Positions 12,808 through 24,780 of a stretch of DNA of 64,000 nucleotides are shown piece by piece. The stretch covers positions 4,216,001-4,280,000 of the forward strand of contig CATNEN010000002.1 of assembly GCA_950097015.1 (NCBI GenBank), given 5' to 3'. Position 1 is the first letter of the stretch; each line of letters opens with the position of its first letter. The stretch comes from Macrostomum hystrix. Its lineage: Eukaryota > Animalia > Platyhelminthes. The notes under the pieces were generated by a model. The model was not told where the DNA came from and ran no database searches. It was given only the letters and a program-made list of their open reading frames with translations. The position numbers were made by a program, and so were the translations under genes.

Positions 12808-13821
12808 ACTAGCAGTAGAAATATACGCTCCAGAGTAAGAAAGTAGTAAATGAAATCTCATAGTCTCATTGAGTGTGGGAAAATCATTGTTTTTTATGAT
12901 TTTAGCTACTAAATCACCCAAACATGCGGAATGAAGTTTCACGTAGCTGCAAAAAACTGACTTAAAATGGTGTTACAATTACATGTTTTATAGTTTAATT
13001 CTAAAATATGTGCTTCTGTAATCCGCAGATTGTGTTTGGGGCATGGCGACCAGCGAGTTTTCCCATTGGTTCCGCTGTCCTTATTGGCTTGGAATGTGTC
13101 TATAAAAAGTCTAGAGTTTATTTGATGTGCAATGTGGTGAATCTGGTTCGGGTGGTGAAACAGTCAACTTTCAATAAGGATATTTGGTGAGTTATTAGTT
13201 ACATTTCAGCTTTTAAAGGAATAAACATTTGATTATCTACACTTTTTTTCTGCATATAATCACAGGGTTCTTAAATCTATTAAGTCTGTGCGTCAAAGAA
13301 GCTTTAGTTTAGAAACTGCTCGTTATGGTTCGATCCTTATTAGAAAAGGTATATTTCAATTCTATTTTCCCACCATTTAGTGGTTGCAAAAGCAACGCAA
13401 TGTCATTTACTGTACAAGAATTGCAGGAGGACTGCCGCAACCACCCGCTGTGATTTTACATTAGTGAGTAAGAATAACATTAAATATTCAAATCCACTTC
13501 TCGTATTGTATATGCATGAGAGCTTAGCATAATGTGAGAAAGATGTTAACAAATTGCACATCATTTGAGAACAATTAAAGCGTTTGAAGGCGGCTGCGGA
13601 CTACTGCAGAAAGCTGAACAGCGCTTTTTGTCACAAACTATAGACAGCTTGTCAAAATTTGTGCAACTTTTAGACTCACTGCAAGCCTGCAAGCTACTAA
13701 GTGACGGCACTTTTTCCAAGGACATTGAAATGGTGGGAAAGAATTGAGTTTCAGGTCGAAAATTTATCTCCCCATTTTCGTGACAGCTCCCTCACCTCTC
13801 AGGTCTACTCTCACCCGACCT

Positions 13822-14345
13822 TCTCATCTCTCTCCTCCTCTCCTCTCCCCTCTTCTTCTCTCCCCTCTTCTTCTCTCCCCTCTCTCCTCTTCCCTATCAT
13901 TTTTTTGCCTCTTCTTCTCTCTTCTTCTCTCCCCTCTTCCTCTCTCCCCTCTTCTTCTCTTCCCTCTTCTTCTCTCTCCTCCTCTCCTCTCCCCTCTTCT
14001 TCTCTCCCCTCTTCTTCTCTCCCCTCTCTCCTCTTCCCTATCATTTTTTGCCTCTTCTTCTCTCCTCTTCTTCTCTCCCCTCTTCCTCTCTCCCCTCTTC
14101 TTCTCTTCCCCCTTCCTCTCTCCCCTCTTCTTCTCTCTCCTCTTCTTCTCTCCCCTCTCTCCTCTTCCCTATTATTTTTTGCCTCTTCTTCTCTCCTTTT
14201 CTTCTCTCCCCTCTGTCCTCTTCCCTATCATTTTTTGCCTCTTCTTCTCTCCTCTTCTTCTCTCCCTTCTTCTTCTCTTCCCTCTTCTTCTCATCCGTCT
14301 TCTTCTCTCCCCTCTTCTTCTCTCTCCTCTTCTTCTCTCTTGTTC
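13822..14345. repeat. CT-rich (polypyrimidine/polypurine) array, ~15-bp unit CTCTTCTTCTCTCCC with a recurring CCTATCATTTTTTG block
   Basis: Read directly from the sequence. It produces spurious S/L/P-rich and E/R/G-rich ORFs. Confidence 0.92.
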
Positions 14346-15341
14346 TCCCCACCTGGTTAAATTGTTATCAGCTTGCTGCAATGCCTGTTGATTGCAAAAT
14401 ATTTTGAAAAGAATCCTATGCGAACAGAAAACTAAAGTGAGTTGCTACCCGGTTCTGCCTATCAACAAGAAAAACTATCTGCATATTTTCAGCGTCACAG
14501 CCACAGCCACTAAACAGTTTGCTTTGCTTTTCTTGTCCTTTGCTCTGACAGGGATACAGTTAATTTCTTACAGTTCGTTTTTAATTGCTTTGCTCGGCAA
14601 TGCCATTCTGCAGGCTTTGGGGTTTCAATTGTTCTCAGCTATACAACCGCGCGCGTGTCTCGAAAAGTGAGTTTTTTCTCACCCGCTCTGTGGCCAAAAC
14701 ACTGCGCCCGATACTGATTCACTTCTCAAAGGCAATTTTTTTTCATTTCTTATTCTAAGGCCATAAAGCCTGCCTATCCAATACCATACTAGCGCCTTCA
14801 CCACCGCCTCAAGAGGTTGTCTGGACAATTGTCTACATCGCCTGGTTGTATCGCAGCCACTGCAGCTCGATCTGCTGCTTTTAGACAGACTAAAAGACCA
14901 GCTTGCTAAAGCTGCATCTATTCGAGCTCGTGTAATAGCCGCACTTCATGGCTAAGAAGTGACGATGATAGGTGTCTGCTGCTGAGAGACTGGTGAAGCG
15001 AGGTCTCACTGATATAAGGAGTCCACACAAGAAGGTTGAGATAAGAAAGAAACTGCTTATGTAGACAGTGCGTGACAAAGTAGACAAGTTTTTTAGCATG
15101 AGACTATACATTCCTTTGGCACACCCGAGTATCTCTAGACTGACTAACGGTTAAAGGTGTTAGCAATAGTTTAAATTAATCTGCTGGACAAGCAACGGAG
15201 ATTTGTCAAAGTCAACACTTTTAAAGAAAAGTTAATATTGATTTTCTCAATTGCTTGGCGAAATGTACAGACGATGGCCGGACGATCGGTGAGTGCATTG
15301 CTCAAATCTCACACTCACATCAGCTGCACCGTCACCATACC

Positions 15342-16088
15342 CCACTGCCTCACACACTGCCTCACACACTGCCTCACACACTGCCTCACACACTGCCTCA
15401 CACACTGCCTCATACACTGCCTCACACACTGCCTCACACACTGCCTCACACACACACACACACACACTGTCCCATTGCCTCACACACTGTCCCATTGCCT
15501 CACACACTGTCCCATTGCCTCACACACTGTCCCATTGCCTCACACACTGTCCCATTGCCTCACACACTGTCCCATTGCCTCACACACTGTCCCACTGCCT
15601 CACACACTGTCCCATTGCCTCACACACTGTCCCATTGCCTCACACACTGTCCCATTGCCTCACACACTGTCCCACTGCCTCACACACTGTCCCACTGCCT
15701 CACACACTGTCCCATTGCCTCACACACTGTCCCACTGCCTCACACACTGTCCCACTGCCTCACACACTGTCCCACTGCCTCACACACTGTCCCACTGCCT
15801 CACACACTGTTCCATTGCCTCACACACTGTCCCACTGCCTCACACACTGCCTCACACACTGCCTCACACACTGCCTCACACACTGCCTCACACACTGCCT
15901 CACACACTGCCTCACACACTGTCCCACTGCCTCACACACTGTTCCATTGCCTCACACACTGTCCCACTGCCTCACACACTGTCCCATTGCCTCACACACT
16001 GTCCCACTGCCTCACACACTGTCCCACTGCCTCACACACTGTCCCACTGCCTCACACACTGTCCCACTGCCTCACACACTGTCCCACT
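15342..16088 (+). repeat. Minisatellite of mixed 12-bp (CTGCCTCACACA) and 20-bp (CTGTCCCATTGCCTCACACA) units
   Basis: Read directly from the sequence. Confidence 0.95.
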
Positions 16089-16766
16089 TCCTTATCCAGT
16101 GTCCAACACTATAAGCAGAAGCGCAATCTCGCCAACGCCCAAGACTCCCTAATCAGCTCTAATCCCCAGTTATCCCAACTGAGTCCATATCATTTGGTCA
16201 CTACGGAATGAGCACAGCCATGTGGATTGAGGCTGCTTGAGTCCACTCATAACTGAATAATTTAGTTGCATCCCAACTTACTTGTGGCAGTCTCTGGGCA
16301 GTTGATTCTGTCCCATAGCAGGAGGCGAGAGTGCGTTTGTGTGTTTATCCTGTGCTTATTACAAAGCAGAAGCTAATATTCTGCGGACTGCATCAATACA
16401 AGGCTAATTTCCAATAACCCGCACTGCCAATCGAAGCGGAAGCTCATTCATAATTCATCCGTGCTCATCGTTGAAGCGATGAGAATTTGAGTTGGGTTTT
16501 GCAGCCAGGGCCGTGTGCTCAATTTTCTTGCCATTTTTGCCAACAATGAGACCTTAGTTCTACAGATGAAATTGGCATGCAATCAACACTTGGTAAAAAC
16601 TTTGAAGCTAATTAAAAGGGAAATTCTAGAAATTCTAGATGACTTTGGGCAAAGACATGGATTTTTTTGTTGGTGATAGAATCGGATTATAGTCAGCTGA
16701 TCATTCTAGAAAATTGGAAAATGCCCCTGACAGTACTTTTCCAAAAAACATTCCGACAGTCTAATA

Positions 16767-18244
16767 TGGGACAGTGTGTGAGGCAGTGTGTGAGGCAGTG
16801 TGTGAGACAGTGTGTGAGGCAGTGTGTGAGGCAGTGTGTGAGGCAGTGGGACAGTGTGTGAGGCAATGGAACAGTGTGTGAGGCAGTGGGACAGTGTGTG
16901 AGGCAGTGTGTGAGGCAGTGTGTGAGGCAGTGTGTGAGGCAGTGTGTGAGGCAGTGTGTGAGGCAGTGTGTGAGGCAGTGGGACAGTGTGTGAGGCAATG
17001 GAACAGTGTGTGAGGCAGTGGGACAGTGTGTGAGGCAGTGTGTGAGGCAGTGTGTGAGGCAGTGTATGAGGCAGTGTGTGAGGCAGTGTGTGAGGCAGTG
17101 TGTGAGGCAGTGTGTGAGGCAGTGTGTGAGGCAGTGTGTGAGGCAGTGTGTGAGGCAGTGTGTGAGGCAGTGTGTGAGGCAGTGCGTGAGGCAGTGTCTG
17201 AGGCAGTGTGTGAGGCAGTGTCTGAGGCAGTGTCTGAGGCAGTTTGTGAGGCAGTGCGTGAGGCAGTGTCTGAGGCAGTGTGTGAGGCAGTGTGTGAGGC
17301 AGTGTCTGAGGCAGTGTCTGAGGCAGTGTGTGAGGCAGTGTGTGAGGCAGTGTGTGAGGCAGTGTGTGAGGCAGTGTGTGAGGCAGTGTGTGAGGCAGTG
17401 TGTGAGGCAGTGTGTGAGGCAGGAGGCAGTGTGTGAGGCAGTGTGTGAGGCAGTGTCTGAGGCAGCGTCTGAGGCAGTTTGTGAGGCAGTGTGTGAGGCA
17501 GTGTATGAGGCAGTGTATGAGGCAGTGTGTGAGGCAGTGGGACAGTGTGTGAGGCGGTGTGTGAGGCAGTGTGTGAGGCAGTGGGACAGTGTGTGAGGCA
17601 GTGTGTGAGGCAGTGTGTGAGGCAGTGTGACAGTGTCTGAGCAGTGTGTGAGGCAGTGTCTGAGGCAGCGTCTGAGGCAGTTTGTGAGGCAGTGTGTGAG
17701 GCAGTGGGACAGTGTGTGAGGCGGTGTGTGAGGCAGTGGGACAGTGTGTGAGACGGTGGGGTGTGTGAGGTGTGTGAGGCAGTGGGACAGTGTGTGAGGC
17801 GGTGTGTGAGGCAGTGGGACAGTGTGTGAGACGGTGGGGTGTGTGAGGTGTGTGAGGCAGTGGGACAGTGTGTGAGGCGGTGTGTGAGGCAGTGGGACAG
17901 TGTGTGAGACGGTGGGGTGTGTGAGGTGTGTGAGGCAGTGGGACAGTGTGTGAGGCGGTGTGTGAGGCAGTGGGACAGTGTGTGAGACGGTGGGGTGTGT
18001 GAGGTGTGTGAGGCAGTGGGACAGTGTGTGAGGCGGTGTGTGAGGCAGTGGGACAGTGTGTGAGACGGTGGGGTGTGTGAGGTGTGTGAGGCAGTGGGAC
18101 AGTGTGTGAGGCGGTGTGTGAGGCAGTGGGACAGTGTGTGAGGCAGTGTATGAGGCAGTGTGTGAGGCAGTGGGACAGTGTGTGAGGCGGTGTGTGAGGC
18201 AGTGGGACAGTGTGTGAGACGGTGGGGTGTGTGAGGTGTGTGAG
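16767..18244 (-). repeat. Same 12/20-bp minisatellite family as 15342-16088, in inverted orientation, with a higher-order unit in its right third
   Basis: TGTGTGAGGCAG and TGTGTGAGGCAGTGGGACAG are reverse complements of the left-array units. Confidence 0.95.
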
Positions 18245-18611
18245 GGATAATTAGAGACTTGTGAGTAGTTGTCATATTTGCCACGTTTGGCAAAGCAAGT
18301 TACACTTGTTTTTTTCTTTGCTTTGTAAAAATTGTGAAAACTTGATTGTGACTGAAAATGTTACTTTCATAAACAATACTGAGTTATTGTAGTTGAGACA
18401 GTGAGTATACCTTTCCGTGGGTTAATTGAGGTTACCCTGGGTGGCTTAGTAAGAAGAATTTTGCTAAGCCGCTTTTCTATTGCTTCCAACACGTACTCCG
18501 TGTGTCAGGACAAAAAAGGATTTTGAATTGGCAAATGTCCTACCAAATCTCACAGCGCTTCACAATAAAACGAGAGTTAGGATTTTCAATATTCCCGAGC
18601 ATGTCAAATCC

Positions 18612-19036
18612 ACAGCCACCACATCCTCCATTCCTTCAGCTGACTGCAGCCACCACATCCTCCATTCCTTCAGCTGACTGCAGCCACTACATCCTCCATT
18701 CCTTCAGCTGATTGCAGCCACCACATCCTCCATTCCTTCAGCTGACTGCAGCCACTACATCCTCCATTCCTTCAGCTGACTGCAGCCACTACATCCTCCA
18801 TTCCTTCAGCTGACTGCAGCCACTACATCCTCCATTCCTTCAGCTGACTGCAGCCACCACATCCTCCATTCCTTCAGCTGACTGCAGCCACTACATCCTC
18901 CATTCCTTCAGCTGACTGCAGCCACCACATCCTCCATTCCTTCAGCTGACTGCAGCCACCACATCCTCCATTCCTTCAGCTGACTGCAGCCACCACATCC
19001 TCCATTCCTTCAGCTGACTGCAGCCACTACATCCTC
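18612..19036. repeat. Tandem repeat, 34-bp unit CAGCCAC(C/T)ACATCCTCCATTCCTTCAGCTGACTG, ~12 copies
   Basis: Read directly from the sequence; period is 34 (18613 to 18647). Confidence 0.95.
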
Positions 19037-20329
19037 ATGCCATTGAGTTGCTACTGGATGGTGTATTATTCATTTCTGAAAGCATTTTATGTTCATCTGA
19101 CTAGAGTGACTAGGAAAGCTGAAATTCTGGCAGGCAGAGCTCACAATACGAGTATACCTAGACAAAAGTGAGCAGTTTTTGGTCGTACAAATGCACTAAA
19201 AGCAGTTTTTGGTTTCGACGCCAGAAGCAACGGCAAGCAGACAGCAGCAGAAATGATAGACAGGATTTAGCCTGTCCATCAAACTGACCGCAGGGAACCC
19301 ACAGCCCTGCTGTGAGCACAGCGGTAGCAAATGCATTATAAGATTGCCTGAAATGTTGTCTTCATTTCTACTTGAGTGCTGCGTTGAAAACAGCGAACTA
19401 GCTAAAAAAGAATTCGAGTGTAAGTGCGTGAAATGCTTGAGCAGTGCTGGCGTGTTACTTTGGTTGCCGAGTGTAAACAGCTCGGTCTCTTAATGTCCTC
19501 TATTTACCCAAAAAGCTTTGTTCTGCGATGGCCTTCTAAATACTGATTAAACAAAGACCTAAAGTTGATTTAGTAAAGGTTTGGGTAGTATTTCAAAGTA
19601 ATGGCGTTGCCGCACTTCGGAAAGCGAGAAAGATTAAACAAAAAAACTATTTTTTAGGAATTCTAATTAAAGGTACAACCAGAGCCTCATACTGAGCTTC
19701 TAGTTCTCTTTCCTGCGAACATCGCTGCTCTCCACTGCGCTCCTCCGCTTGCCGATAAGTTCTTTATTTCCCAGCACGTGACCAATCACAGACAATGGTG
19801 ATCTAGTTCCATTCTTGAAATTAGACATGCGTGTATCGTCGTTTCTAGGAAATTATTATTTTTCAAGACAGAATTTTTTAAACTAAACGTTGCGCGAAAC
19901 TATGCAAGCGAGAAAGGGGGAGCTGTTCTGCTGGTCGTTAGAAAGTCAAGGCCCAGGTAAAAATGGCATAGGAAAAACTTTTACCTAGCTAGAGCAAACT
20001 CATATTTGAGCAGCGGGTGCCGCCGCCGACGCTGCCGCTGCAGCTGCTGCTGCTGAAGCTTGTATGTGTGCGTGCCCTGCCGCGATAGCACAGTGTCTGT
20101 GTTTCTGTGTATAAAAGGTAAATAGGAAAACAGAAAAGAGTTTAGCCTGCGCACAGTTCAGATAGTCTCCACTTTTCCTGTGTGTTTTAATAAAGCGAAA
20201 CTCAACAAAAACTAGAGCTAGATCTGAGAGCTGTTCCATACAGCGGCTTTGCTTCAATTTTTTAGCTGGTCCGGATCGCCTGGTCCTCCAGCTGCTGCAG
20301 CGGGAGCTGGCGATTGCCGCCAACTGAGC

Positions 20330-22568
20330 ATGAGTCGACTCGCTATAGATAGGTTGCGTCATCAGCAAGAGCAGGAGCAGCAGCAGCAATCGAGACTTCC
20401 ACCACCGCAGCATCGAGTGATTCGAAGGCGGCATACGCCACCGTCGCTTTCACTGACGGCGCCGCCACCGCCTCCGCGTTCGCCTTCGCAACTGCGTCTG
20501 CCGCAGTCGCAGCGGCAGCAGTTTTTGCCCTTCTCTGCGTCGCATCGAGAAGATTCGCTGACATCTGGCATTGTCAGCGACGAGAGCTGCTCAGTCGTGG
20601 CCGGAGCCACCGCCGCTGCCAGTTGCGGCCCCTCAGTCCATTTTGGTGACACCCTGGTTCATCTTATACCGTCGCGATGCTCAGACGCATCGTCAACAGA
20701 GGAGCACGTCGATAATGACGACATCAGATACAGAGATTACGACGAAAATGACGACGGCATCGACTTTGAAGAATGTGACAGCGACGAAACACAATTTAGA
20801 GTCTTGAAATCCACATCGCCGAAGTTTGTTGATATTGACATCGACGCCGTGGGCGACTCGACCGAGGTCGAACAGCAGAATCTCGAAGACAGCGTCATGC
20901 GGAGGGTGGCCACGGATGTTCAGGCTAGCCGAAGGTTCTACCGACTGTGCTACAACGTGGACAGCGGCAGTGGCAGCGGTAGCTGCAGAGGAACCGGAAG
21001 GGACACTGTTGGCACCTCTGCTATGGCTCAAACAGGTGAGACTCAGAATTCAGTACTGATATCAATATCATGAATTGGTTTATACTCAAACAACAAAACA
21101 TTTTCATTTTCAATTAGAAGCGCCAGCAGATGAACTCGCCGGGTCGCTGTATTCCTCAGGCAAGTGCATTCGATGGCTGCAGCACCAGCAGCAGGAGCCT
21201 GAGCAGCGGCCTCAGCTGCCAGAACGAGTCCTCCTGCTGGCCTTCAGCTACCTGGACTCGCCCCAGCTGTGCCGCTGTGCAGCTGTTTGCCGCACCTGGT
21301 ACCGCCTGGCGTGGCACCCGGCCCTGTGGACTGGCCTCGAGATCCTCGACTCCCGCCTGGACGCCAACGCAGCCATCGACAGCGTGACGAAGATTCTCAG
21401 CTACGCCAGCTACCCGCACTGCCTCGGCCTGCTGCGAGTCAGTGTCGCCAATTCCGTCACGCTGACGGACAGAGCGCTCAGCCTGCTCGGCTCCAGGTGT
21501 CCACGACTTCAGCGGGCAGAGTTTCGTGCCTGTCCTCGACTCACGGGCCTCGGCGCGCGGGAACTTCTGCACGGCTGTCGACGCTTGCACCGGCTGCGTC
21601 TGGCCTCCTGCCACGGTGTCACCCTGGCACTGCCAGTGACAGCGCCGCGACTCGACAACCTGGAAGTGATAGACTGTCGCAGCATTGACGATTCCAGCCT
21701 TCGAGCTCTAGGCGACGGTTTGTGTCCGCGTCTCGCTCGTCTGAGCTTGCGAAACTGTCCAGCTGTCACTGACGACGGCTTGGCTGCGCTTGGTGCCGGC
21801 GGAGGCTGTCCCGGACTGAGGGAGCTTCGCCTGACCAACTTCGGCTGCGCTATCAGCGAGGTGGGTCTCGAACGCCTGTTGAAGCGCTGCGGAAAGAGGC
21901 TTCGCTGCCTCGCGCTGGTTCGCTGTGACGGGGTGAGTTGATGTAACTTTGGTTGCATGAGCACAGCCATGTGCACTTGCTATTGTCAAGATCGTAAAAT
22001 ATATTCCAAGAAGACAATTATAATCAGATAGTGTATTTCAACACATTTCAGATCAACGACGCCGCTGTCTTTCGCATCGCTGTGCGAGCAACCAACCTGC
22101 ACCAGCTGAGCCTTCGCGACTGCTGGCGGGTCACCGATCTGGGACTCGAGCGCTTGGCCCGAGGCCTCGGACCGGCCGGGCCGCCGCTCGAGCTGGACGC
22201 AAGCGGTTGCGACATCACCGACGACGCTGTCGAGGCTCTGGCCAGCGCTGGCGGCTGCGCTGCCAGATTAGTTAGACTGTGCCTGCGGGGCTGCGATTGC
22301 ATCACTGATCAGGTGAGTGGTAATCTTCCTGTCTGTGAACTATCTCTGTCTAGATTGGTGTTCGTTTTAGATGAAGAGTTGTTATAAATCATGTTTTGGA
22401 CGTTACCTTCGAACACCAATGCCGCAGGGTCTCTCGGCTCTCGCTGCCCACGGTTGTCCCCAGCTGACCTACCTGAACTTGCTGGGCTGCAGCGTGTCGC
22501 CACATGCAGTGCTCAGCGCAAGGTCCGCCCTGCCAGCAAGCGCAGTCGTGCACTTTAGCCTGGCCTAA
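20330..22568 (+). CDS. FBXL7: F-box/leucine-rich-repeat protein, FBXL7-like, join(20330..21035,21118..21932,22052..22312,22428..22568), ~640 aa
   Basis: The F-box is LPERVLLLAFSYLDSPQLCRCAAVCRTWYRLAWHPALW (the FBXL7-type RCARVCRRWYxLAWDPxLW). Cys-containing LRRs follow (LSLRNCPAVTDDGL, LSLRDCWRVTDLGL, LCLRGCDCITDQGL, LTYLNLLGC). All three introns are GT-AG and phase-compatible. The start codon and the paralog assignment are inferred. Confidence 0.85.
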
Positions 22569-22780
22569 ATAGCATCACTAATGTCAGGCCAGATTATTTC
22601 TTAATCGACTGATTTGGACTTTGGAACAATAAGATTATTTCTTGTCGGATAACCGATATTGCTGATGAATATTTGTTGCCATGCTTGCATATTTCGATGC
22701 GAATGTACGAGCTCGTATGAGTATATATTTTTGCGAGTGCCGATATGAATGTTGATGATGATTCGAACTTCGATGTCTCG

Positions 22781-22935
22781 AAGAACGTCGACGTCTATAC
22801 GAACGTCGACACCTATACGAACCACGACGTCTATACGAACGTCGACGCCTATACGAACCACGACGCCTATACGAACCACGACGTCTATACGAACGTCGAT
22901 GTATATACGAACGTCTGTGTCTATACGAACGTTAA
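22781..22935. repeat. Short degenerate 18-bp tandem repeat (GAAC(G/C)(T/A)CGACG(T/C)CTATAC) in the 3' flank of the F-box gene
   Basis: Read directly from the sequence; about 8 copies. Confidence 0.85.
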
Positions 22936-23744
22936 TTTATATTCTTTCGTCGACGTCACTGGGAAGTAGAACGTCGATATCTAGAGGAGACTTTGACGTG
23001 AATGGTCTGCGAACTACACAAAAATATTTATCGAAATTGACAGTCAATCATGCTTTTTGCTTCGCACATTGATTAATTAATGCAGCAGTTTCACATGCCT
23101 TTGTAACAATGCAATCCATTTGCAGCATTTGTGTCATTCTAAGCACCGATTGTTAATTGTTTTTTTTATCATGCCTGTTTTTTGTGACAAATGCAAACAT
23201 TGTGTTGCAATGTAGCTAAATATATTCGGTCAACCTCAGAAATACAAAATTTACCTCATAAAGTCTCACCTCAAATATAAAATGGTTGTTTTTTGCTCTT
23301 CAGAGTCCTTTTACGAGTAGTATTTTAAATCAAAACATTTTTGACGAAAATAAATTCAAAACAAGTGAATGAATTCGATTTTTAAAAAGTACCCGCATAG
23401 AGTAGTGGGCTAGTTCAGTAGAAGTGACTTTTCATGAATGATGCCAAGAAATAAATATCTTGGTTATTTCTTCAGCCTTTCAACCTCATTCAACAGAAAA
23501 AGTCTATTCAGGACGCAACCCATTGTCCCAATTCAACGGACAGGTGTCCATACATGCCAGTCGCTAATTAAGATTCTTGCCTCTGAGTAGCTGGTTCTGC
23601 TGTCCAATTAGTTATTGTCAGATACTGTTCAGGCACTCAGTCTATTCAGCTTACCTGTCTATCTAATTGTCCATCTGCTGTCCATCAGCTTATCAATCTA
23701 ATCTCGATGCATCTATCCATTTATTTATCTAGCTCGTCGCTTAA

Positions 23745-23826
23745 GGCTTTTTAGCCTAGTGGTTAGTTGTCTGACTAACGACTAGAAGATGTGTGACCTT
23801 TAGCTAGACACTTAACTCTTAGTTCA
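23745..23826 (+). mobile_element. Truncated tRNA-derived SINE head (same family as 61394-61714), with the B-box region deleted
   Basis: TAGCCTAGTGGTTAG (A-box) is followed by GTGACCTTTAGCTAGACACTTAACTCT, which matches GTGTCCTTTAGCAAGACATTTAGCTCT in the 61 kb copy. Confidence 0.55.
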
Positions 23827-23854
23827 AGATGAAATTCGGGGCTTAATCTCGATT

Positions 23855-24780
23855 TTTTAAGGCGAGAAACCAGCCTTTTGCCCTGAAGGATCGGGTCGAG
23901 AGCCGCGAGATGGAACAAGGTATCCTTGTGCCGGTAAAAAGCTCACCTGTTGTTCCTGTGCTCAAGGCGGACGGCTCGGTGCGGGTCTGTGCTGACTTTA
24001 AACAGACGGTCAACCCGACTGTAGAGATGGACTCGTATCCCTTACCACGGTTCGAGGAGATCCGAAACTGTGGATTTGTCTCAGGCCTACATGCAGCTGC
24101 CGCTAGATGAGGCATCGCAGGAAATCTGCACGATCAATAGGCACAAGGGACTCCTGCGGTACACCCGGCAATTCCATTTGGTGTCTCTCCAGCAGTTGAA
24201 ATTTTTCAGCGCCGAATGGACTGCCTGCTGCAAGGCATTGCCGGCACTGCCGGCTTCATTGATGACTTCATTATCACGGGCAAGGACGATGACAGCCATC
24301 TGAATTCTTTGAAGCAAGTGCTGGAAGCCGTCATCAGCCACAAGATCGGAAGTGTTGTCCGGCCAATCGCCTTTGTTTCTCGCTCTCATCACGACGCCGA
24401 AAAGAATTACTCGCAGCTGGAGAAGGAGGCGTTCGCAGTCGTATCCGCTGTCAAGAAGTTTCACGCCTACCTGTTCGGTCGGGCAGTCTTGCTGATGAGT
24501 GATCACAAACCTTAACTTGGTCTCCTTGCTGAGAACAAAGCGATGCCAGCTCTCGCCCCAGGGAGGGTCCATAGGTGGACACTGCTGCTTTCAGGCTACA
24601 GCTATCGCATGGTGCACCGCGCTGGTACCTCTGTTGTGCGCTGATGCCCTGAGCCGCTTACCGCTGCTAGGTTCCGGCGCTCCAGGTGCTGCACCAGTGC
24701 AATGCGGGGGCGTCTCGCACGAAATCGTTGACCAGAGGCTACTTCTGGTGGCTGGACACAGAGACGACGCTTCCGCAGCT
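23855..24780 (+). pseudogene. Decayed Ty3/Gypsy LTR-retrotransposon pol fragment (RT + RNase H)
   Basis: Motifs are spread over shifting frames: FFKARNQPFALKDRVE, SPVVPVLKADGSVRVCADFKQTVN, YPLPR, DLSQAYMQL, FIDDFII (YxDD), RPIAFVSR...EKNYSQLEKEAFAVV...KKFHAYLFG...SDHKP and ADALSRLP. There are multiple internal deletions and no LTRs were found. Confidence 0.9.

Noticed and set aside
13701-14407. Ser/Leu/Pro-rich and Glu/Arg-rich ORFs
   Set aside because: They are translations of the CT-rich low-complexity array.
15238-18293. Cys/His-rich ORFs (HCLT, CVRQ, CEAV repeats)
   Set aside because: These are translations of the 12/20-bp minisatellite, open in several frames on both strands.
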